Shown here: piece by piece, positions 35,443-40,396 of the stretch
Numbering within the stretch: the first letter of the stretch is position 1
Layout of the letters: each line of letters begins with the position of its first letter
Source: Lysobacterales bacterium
GTDB taxonomy: Bacteria; Pseudomonadota; Gammaproteobacteria; Xanthomonadales; SZUA-36
Length of the DNA stretch: 40,396 bases
Direction of reading: 5' to 3'
NCBI GenBank assembly: GCA_032250585.1
Contig: JAVVFH010000002.1
Span: 1-40,396 of the forward strand
Translations under genes and position numbers: made by a program
Notes under the pieces: model-generated
The model's database searches: none
What the model saw: only the letters and a program-made list of their open reading frames with translations
What the model was told of the DNA's origin: nothing

Positions 35443-36192
35443 TCAATCATCGTCTTCCTGCTCGTCCTCCCAGTCCTCGAGGTCTTCGCGCTTTTCGTCC
35501 ATGATGTCGAGAATCACGTCGTAAAGGTTTTCATCGACCGTTTCGAGCTGATCGAGCACGCCGGTTTCTTCCCAGATCGTGTACAGCTCCACGGAGGTGG
35601 TCAGGTTCACTTCCCAGGCCGTCTTGGTGGTGTTGAGCGTCGGCATCGGGATGGCCTTGCGCAGGACTTCCAGCGGCGCGTCGACCTTGGAGATGTTCGG
35701 CCCCCAATCGGGAAAGCCCTCGGCGTTGATCATGTCCGGCGACAGCTGGTTGCCGGTCGAGATCAACTTGAGCATCACGCGGCTGAACGGGCGCAGCACG
35801 TTCTTGGCCGATTCCATGCCGTGCTTGATGGCTGCCTCGCGCATCAGCATAACCAGCCCGCCGGGTGAATTGTCGAAGGGACAGCGTGCCGCGCAGGTGT
35901 AGCACTGGGCACAGGCCCAGATCTTTTCCTGCATGGCGTCGTAGATGCCTTCGAGATTCTCCGTCCACAGCAGCTGGACGATTTCGCGCGGGCTGAAATC
36001 GTAATAGTGGGCTGCCGGGCAGGTCGCGGTGCAGATGCCGCAGTTGAGGCAGCCGTTGAGTTCGTGGTCGAAGCGGATGTCGGCCTGGATGTCCTGGAAG
36101 ATCTCTTCCATTTTCTCCCGTCCGACCGCGGGACTGTCCGAGACCGGGTCTCCGATGTGCTGCTGTATTCTGGTCGTGTGCGCGTGCGCCAT
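35443..36192 (-). CDS. hdrC1: Heterodisulfide-reductase-like subunit C1 (two 4Fe-4S motifs)
   Basis: CLNCGICTATCP and CAQCYTCAARCP motifs. Acidic C-terminal tail EDLEDWEDEQEDDD. Confidence 0.9.
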   Translation of the reverse strand: MAHAHTTRIQQHIGDPVSDSPAVGREKMEEIFQDIQADIRFDHELNGCLNCGICTATCPAAHYYDFSPREIVQLLWTENLEGIYDAMQEKIWACAQCYTCAARCPFDNSPGGLVMLMREAAIKHGMESAKNVLRPFSRVMLKLISTGNQLSPDMINAEGFPDWGPNISKVDAPLEVLRKAIPMPTLNTTKTAWEVNLTTSVELYTIWEETGVLDQLETVDENLYDVILDIMDEKREDLEDWEDEQEDDD

Positions 36193-36246
36193 AATACTCC
36201 CGGCGGCGGGCCGGCTTACCCGCCGAGCTGGTTCGTGTCTAAACCG

Positions 36247-36624
36247 TCAATAGGTCAAAATCCTGCAGTCTTCTTCCATAACCTGCTCGATCAAATGTGC
36301 TCCGCCGACAATGCCTTCGCATTCCGGTATGAGTTCGTCCCTGCTCATGTCGAACAGTTCAAGGTTGGGCGAGCAGCAATAGAATTTTGCGCCGGCCTCA
36401 TGAGCGTCCTTGATGAAATCGTAAACCGACTTGGGCGATCCTTCCTTGACGAACAATTTTTCGGCGACACCCTTGCGCATCAGGCGCCCGGCAGTCGCCG
36501 TGCAGATGACATCGACTTCGTACTCCATGGCCGCCGCGACCGTAGCCTGGAAAATAGGCGCACCGAGCTCCTCGCCATTGCGCGGGTCGGTGTTCGCCAT
36601 CACGATGATCAGTTTATCTGCCAT
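36247..36624 (-). CDS. dsrE3: DsrE-family sulfurtransferase (DsrE3-like)
   Basis: A 125-aa protein, MADKLIIVMANTDP..., with the DsrE/DsrF-like fold signature and Cys residues in KFYCCSPN. It lies immediately upstream of hdrC1, as in sHdr loci. Confidence 0.75.
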   Translation of the reverse strand: MADKLIIVMANTDPRNGEELGAPIFQATVAAAMEYEVDVICTATAGRLMRKGVAEKLFVKEGSPKSVYDFIKDAHEAGAKFYCCSPNLELFDMSRDELIPECEGIVGGAHLIEQVMEEDCRILTY

Positions 36625-36653
36625 GACTAAGCCTTCATATTCGTGGGTTGGTC

Positions 36654-36683
36654 ATATTACGATACTCTAATTTAAACATACAA
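36654..36683 (-). promoter_or_regulatory. Candidate sigma-70 promoter for dsrE3-hdr within an AT-rich 100-bp gap
   Basis: The minus strand reads TTGTAT-N18-TAATAT about 30 nt upstream of the dsrE3 ATG. The direct repeat TCATATT (36635-36641 and 36652-36658) overlaps or follows the -10 element. Confidence 0.25.
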
Positions 36684-36722
36684 CAATATACCAGTGTCCG
36701 CTGTTCTTCGGTCACAGCTCGT

Positions 36723-37454
36723 TCAGGGCGCGTCAACCCATTTCAGCGAAATTCGACGATTTATCTGCATCAGCCCGGTCATCTTGATGATACCGGTCAT
36801 GATTGGCACCAAAGCGTCCTCGATTTCGCGTGCCATCTGGCGCATTTTCTGCAAGCCGGCGGCTGGATCGTCGGGCGCTTCCTCGAACTCCATGACCAGA
36901 TCCTCGGCCATCGCCGACTTGAAGCCAGGGTGGCCACAAAACCCCAGCGCGTTGCTGGCGACCTGGAACACGGCGGGCCGTTCCTGGACGTCCACGGCCA
37001 GAATCCGTGCAACCGGCGGCGGTAGCGGCCGATCACGCATGTAGACAATATGCGGAAATCGTTCCGGCAGGAAACCCGCCAGGGCATCGTCTGCGAGGCG
37101 CCGCGCGTAAGCGACTTCGAACGCAAGCGGGCCGGCGGCCGACCCACCGCCCGCCGCGATCGCCAGGATCTGCGCGCCCAGCCCGATGCCCATCACGGGT
37201 TTGCCCACGTCCAGCATCGCACGGGTCAGGGCGACCTCCTGTTGCAGGGTCGGCAGGTCGCGGCCGCCGGCACTGCCCCAGGGGCCACCGCCGAGCAGCA
37301 CCAGGCCGTCGCAGGCGTCGCCCGGCCGCGGAATGCCGCCCTGTTCGGTAAATGGACGAAAATAACGAAATCGAATGCGGCGGCCTTCCAGGTGATCTTC
37401 CATCAGGCCGAGATAATCGGCCGAGCTGTGCTGAATGACGTTGAGCAGGTTCAT
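36723..37454 (-). CDS. Class-I glutamine-amidotransferase-like protein lacking the catalytic Cys and Glu
   Basis: GATase1 fold order (LVLLGGGPW...GKPVMGIGLGAQILA...GHPGF). The nucleophile elbow reads GIGLG instead of GICLG. The His-Pro-Glu motif reads HPG. ATGA overlap with the upstream ligase gene. Confidence 0.72.
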   Translation of the reverse strand: MNLLNVIQHSSADYLGLMEDHLEGRRIRFRYFRPFTEQGGIPRPGDACDGLVLLGGGPWGSAGGRDLPTLQQEVALTRAMLDVGKPVMGIGLGAQILAIAAGGGSAAGPLAFEVAYARRLADDALAGFLPERFPHIVYMRDRPLPPPVARILAVDVQERPAVFQVASNALGFCGHPGFKSAMAEDLVMEFEEAPDDPAAGLQKMRQMAREIEDALVPIMTGIIKMTGLMQINRRISLKWVDAP

Positions 37455-38587
37455 GGCTCATGCACCGCGTTTTCGAGTGAGGCCAGGAAATCCTCGGGCC
37501 GCACGGACAGGGCTTCCACCGGTGAGTCATCGAAAAAGGCACGCACCGTGGAGGCCAGGTCGTCGAGGTAAACGCCGCGCAACCGCGACTCGAGGTCATA
37601 GACCACGCGCGGTGGCGTGATGAAGAAGTCGCCGGTGATCAGGGCGGCGCGCACGCGGTTCTGCGCAGGGCCCTCGAGCCGCAGATAGGAGGTGATCGTT
37701 CCGCCGGGCCCGCTGTGGCTGCCACGCAGGTCGCCGCGAGCGGACGGTGGCACCCCGATCTCGGCGACAAATTCGTCGCTGCCGACTTCTTCGCGGAAGA
37801 TTTCGTCGGCGCGCAGACGCTCCGCATCGCTGAGTTCACCGGGCCGCATGATGAAACCAAGGCGCTCGGAGAGAGCGGCCAGCAGGCTTTGCTGAATAGC
37901 CGGCAGGGACGGAGTCCGCTCGCCCAGCAACTCGCGCAGGGTCACGACGCGCCGGGCGGCCGAGTCGAGTTCGCGCCGGGCGAGTTTGGCCTGCGGCACG
38001 CGCAGCGCAGAGGCCATCTCCTGCGCGTCCATGTCCACCAGCACTGTGCCCTGGTAGAACAGCGTCCCGCCATCGAAGAAACCGCCGGTGCCACTGATCT
38101 TGCGGCCATCGACCTCGATGTCGTTGCGCGGCCGGTAGCGGGCATCGACGCCCAGCCGGCTGATACCGTCGGCCACCGCCTCGCAAAGTTCACGCGCGAC
38201 GTCGGCGAGCGCCCCAACGGCCAGCGTATCGCGATGCAGGGCCAGCTCCCAGCCCAGTTGGCCCGAATCAAGAAAAATGGCACCGCCACCGGTAATTCGC
38301 CGAGCGAGGCCGATGCCGTTTTCACGGCAGTAATCGAGGTTGACTTCCTCGGCCAGCGCCTGGTGGCGCCCGATCAGCGCGGTGGGCGGGAAACGCAGAA
38401 AACGCAGCGTATCGGGGGCCTCGCCCGCGTGGTGCGCCTCTACGATGGCCTGCCCAAGGGCGATGTTCAGCCGGCCCTCGAGGACGCCGCTATCGACCAC
38501 CCGGAATATTTTTGCGTCACTCACATGGGCTCCGGGAGCTGCGCTCGCAGGCGGCCGGCAAGCGCCCGCTGCCCCGTCGGCGATCAC
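37451..38587 (-). CDS. Lipoate-protein ligase (LplA-type with fused C-terminal domain, sLpl(AB)-like)
   Basis: RRITGGGAIFLD and VDGRKISGTGG lipoyl-AMP-binding motifs. About 378 aa. The ATG at 38587 overlaps the upstream radical-SAM stop (ATGA). Confidence 0.85.
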   Translation of the reverse strand: MIADGAAGACRPPASAAPGAHVSDAKIFRVVDSGVLEGRLNIALGQAIVEAHHAGEAPDTLRFLRFPPTALIGRHQALAEEVNLDYCRENGIGLARRITGGGAIFLDSGQLGWELALHRDTLAVGALADVARELCEAVADGISRLGVDARYRPRNDIEVDGRKISGTGGFFDGGTLFYQGTVLVDMDAQEMASALRVPQAKLARRELDSAARRVVTLRELLGERTPSLPAIQQSLLAALSERLGFIMRPGELSDAERLRADEIFREEVGSDEFVAEIGVPPSARGDLRGSHSGPGGTITSYLRLEGPAQNRVRAALITGDFFITPPRVVYDLESRLRGVYLDDLASTVRAFFDDSPVEALSVRPEDFLASLENAVHEP

Positions 38588-39843
38588 ACAAGGCGGTGCA
38601 AAATGGCCAGCTGTTTGCGGATCTTGCGGATGTCCTTGCCTTCCGGCTGGAACGGAAAGCTGGCGATGTCGCTGGGCGGCGAATCGCCGTAGGGCCGGTC
38701 GCAGGCCGAGATGTCTTCCCGAACCTTGCCCGGGCAGCCGGAAGTGCGAAACGGCAGGCCGCTGTCGATGATCCCGTCGAGTTCACCTGCGGGCAGGCCG
38801 AAATCCACTACTCGCCCGCGATCGTCGAACTTCATCTGGTCCACGCGCGCCCCGCAGTAGTCGATCAGATAACGCCCCAGTTGCACGCGCCGCCACTGGT
38901 CCCGAGGGGTCGCAGGCAGGTGATCCATCAGCGAGCCGCTCTCGGGAAAAAAGCAGAACATGTGGCTGTGCCCACCCAGCTCGACGATTTTCTGCACCAA
39001 CTGCAGCACATCGTGCTCGGTCTCGCCCATGCCGCAGATGAGATGGGCCCCGAACTTCTCCGGGCCAAAAATATCCCGCGCGTCCAGCAGCACCTGCCAG
39101 TATTTCGACCACTTGTGCGGCGACTGCACGCCCTTGCCGCGTGTGCGGTCAAAAATCGCGGGCGTGGCCGCGTCCAGCGCCACCGTGAAAATATCCGCTC
39201 CCAGATCTTTGAGCAACTGCACGTCCGGGCGCTGCATGGTGGTCGGATTGGACAGGATGGAAACCGGGATGGTGTCCGGATCGATGCGCTCGGTCCACTG
39301 GCGCAGCACGGCGACCGTATCGTCGTCGGAGCGGGGATGGGTGATCATCGAGATGCACATGCGGTGGAATGGGGTATTCTCGCCGTCCGACGCCACCTTG
39401 TCGACGATCGCTTCCATCGGCACGGCGGGCCAGTCGACCCGGATGAAATTACGATCGGCGTAATCGCGCTCCGCTTCGCGGTGCCGCGCCAGACCGCAGT
39501 AAGCGCAGTTCGCCCGACAGCCCTCGGGATAGGTCAGCAGCAGGTTCAGACAGCGCGTGCAGGAACAGCGGTACATTCGGCCCTGCTGCAGGCCCAGCGT
39601 GATGGCGGCCGCCGTCGACATCTGCACGTACTCGGGCGAACGCATGTGTGGCGTGAGAATGTTGTAGTCCGGACGGTACAGGCCCTGTGCCGGAACGTCC
39701 CGGGACTTGACCCGCCCGCCGTTGCGCAATTCTTTCGGTGTTTTGCCGGGCGCGCGTGGCGCCATCGCCTCGAAAGGATTGAAGTCGAGTCCGTCCGGAC
39801 CCCGGTCGGCAGGCTGTGTCCCTTCGGTTTTCACGCAACTCAT
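38584..39843 (-). CDS. Radical SAM protein, LipS1/LipS2-type lipoyl synthase component
   Basis: CRANCAYCGLAR is a CX3CX2C motif. It has a BioB/LipA-like TIM-barrel length with additional Cys (CSCTRC) upstream. Its genomic context is the lipoate ligase and lbpA. Confidence 0.82.
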   Translation of the reverse strand: MSCVKTEGTQPADRGPDGLDFNPFEAMAPRAPGKTPKELRNGGRVKSRDVPAQGLYRPDYNILTPHMRSPEYVQMSTAAAITLGLQQGRMYRCSCTRCLNLLLTYPEGCRANCAYCGLARHREAERDYADRNFIRVDWPAVPMEAIVDKVASDGENTPFHRMCISMITHPRSDDDTVAVLRQWTERIDPDTIPVSILSNPTTMQRPDVQLLKDLGADIFTVALDAATPAIFDRTRGKGVQSPHKWSKYWQVLLDARDIFGPEKFGAHLICGMGETEHDVLQLVQKIVELGGHSHMFCFFPESGSLMDHLPATPRDQWRRVQLGRYLIDYCGARVDQMKFDDRGRVVDFGLPAGELDGIIDSGLPFRTSGCPGKVREDISACDRPYGDSPPSDIASFPFQPEGKDIRKIRKQLAILHRLV

Positions 39844-39864
39844 TGGTCTCTCCTTCGGCCCGGA

Positions 39865-40396
39865 TCAGGCGGCGCAGCTGCTGCTGGCCAGCGTGGCGAT
39901 ATGCTCGCCGAGCTTGATGGAACAGCAGGCATGCGCCTGGTGAAAGGGGCGGCCGGTCATGCCCGCGACCGCCACGGCGCCGTCGGCGGGAAACGCGATG
40001 CCGTCCAGGCCGGCCATCACGGCGTAGGCATCGATAATGCGCTTGTGCATGCCGGGCGGGCGGGCGCAGCCCAACAGCAACTGACGATCCGGCAGGCGCC
40101 GGCGCGCTTCCAGGAAGATGCGACCGACGTCCGCGGTGGATGGCGTCGCGAAGGTTCCCGGCTTAGCGTAGAAGGGCATGATCACGACCAGCACCAGCGC
40201 CCTGGTATCGTAGCGGCTGAGGATGTCCAAAGCGTTCTCCTCGCCGAGAATCCGGCCATAATGCAGGCCAATCACGATGTGCGGCGAGATCTGCATGGAG
40301 GTCGCGCACAGGGCGGCGACGGTTGCCTCGAAGTCGGCGACCGGGCGGTCGAGATGATAGACCTCGCGGATCGTTTCCTCAGCGCCGATGATGTCC
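39865..40396 (-). CDS. Second radical SAM-family protein (C-terminal part only; 5' end beyond the window)
   Basis: The frame is open to the window edge (...DIIGAEETIREVYHLDRPVADFEATVAALCATSMQISPHIVIGLHYG...). This resembles a BioB/LipA-like C-terminal half. It lies 21 nt upstream of the other radical-SAM gene. Confidence 0.7.
   Translation of the reverse strand, partial: DIIGAEETIREVYHLDRPVADFEATVAALCATSMQISPHIVIGLHYGRILGEENALDILSRYDTRALVLVVIMPFYAKPGTFATPSTADVGRIFLEARRRLPDRQLLLGCARPPGMHKRIIDAYAVMAGLDGIAFPADGAVAVAGMTGRPFHQAHACCSIKLGEHIATLASSSCAA

Noticed and set aside
31995-38692. Long plus-strand ORFs (31995-33257, 33820-34845, 35101-35868, 36007-36630, 37715-38692) across the hdr and lipoate genes
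   Set aside because: All are antisense to minus-strand genes with strong cofactor motifs (CCG, 4Fe-4S, FAD, LplA). Their translations are low-complexity.

Overview
This is a GC-rich proteobacterial chromosomal window. All calls come from reading the translated ORFs and the DNA; no searches were run. I found no rRNA, tRNA, CRISPR array, transposase or integrase. There are four blocks.

(1) 1-14.2 kb, aromatic-acid catabolic island:
- a 5'-truncated TonB-dependent receptor;
- a ThDP-dependent enzyme with a twin-arginine signal peptide;
- pobA;
- a LysR regulator with two tandem HTH domains, divergent from a complete protocatechuate 4,5-cleavage operon (ligK-ligU-extra NAD(P) oxidoreductase-ligJ-ligI-ligA-ligB-ligC);
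- a frameshifted aldo/keto-reductase remnant at the end.

(2) 14.4-16.1 kb: an orphan 578-aa class-V PLP enzyme.

(3) 16.4-29.3 kb, an uninterrupted plus-strand array of 13 ORFs:
- an AttEFGH-like ABC exporter plus lipoprotein;
- an uncharacterised five-gene operon (thermostable-hemolysin-like acyltransferase, AMP-ligase, heme-oxygenase-like diiron oxidase, SDR, secreted TPR protein);
- an OmpR-type response regulator;
- a histidine kinase whose ORF runs in frame into a signal-anchored cupredoxin domain;
- an FTR1 permease and an outer-membrane barrel.

(4) 29.3-40.4 kb, minus strand: an sHdr-LbpA sulfur-oxidation cluster (dsrE3-hdrC1B1A-hyp-hdrC2B2-small Cys-rich ORF-lbpA). It is preceded by dedicated lipoate-assembly genes: two radical-SAM proteins, a lipoate-protein ligase and a GATase1-like protein lacking the catalytic Cys.

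The best candidates for undescribed biology are:
- the hemolysin-like/ligase/diiron-oxidase/SDR/TPR operon and its coupling to the exporter and the iron module;
- the kinase-cupredoxin fusion;
- the Cys-rich ORF and the 76-nt palindrome inside the sHdr operon;
- the Tat-exported ThDP enzyme.
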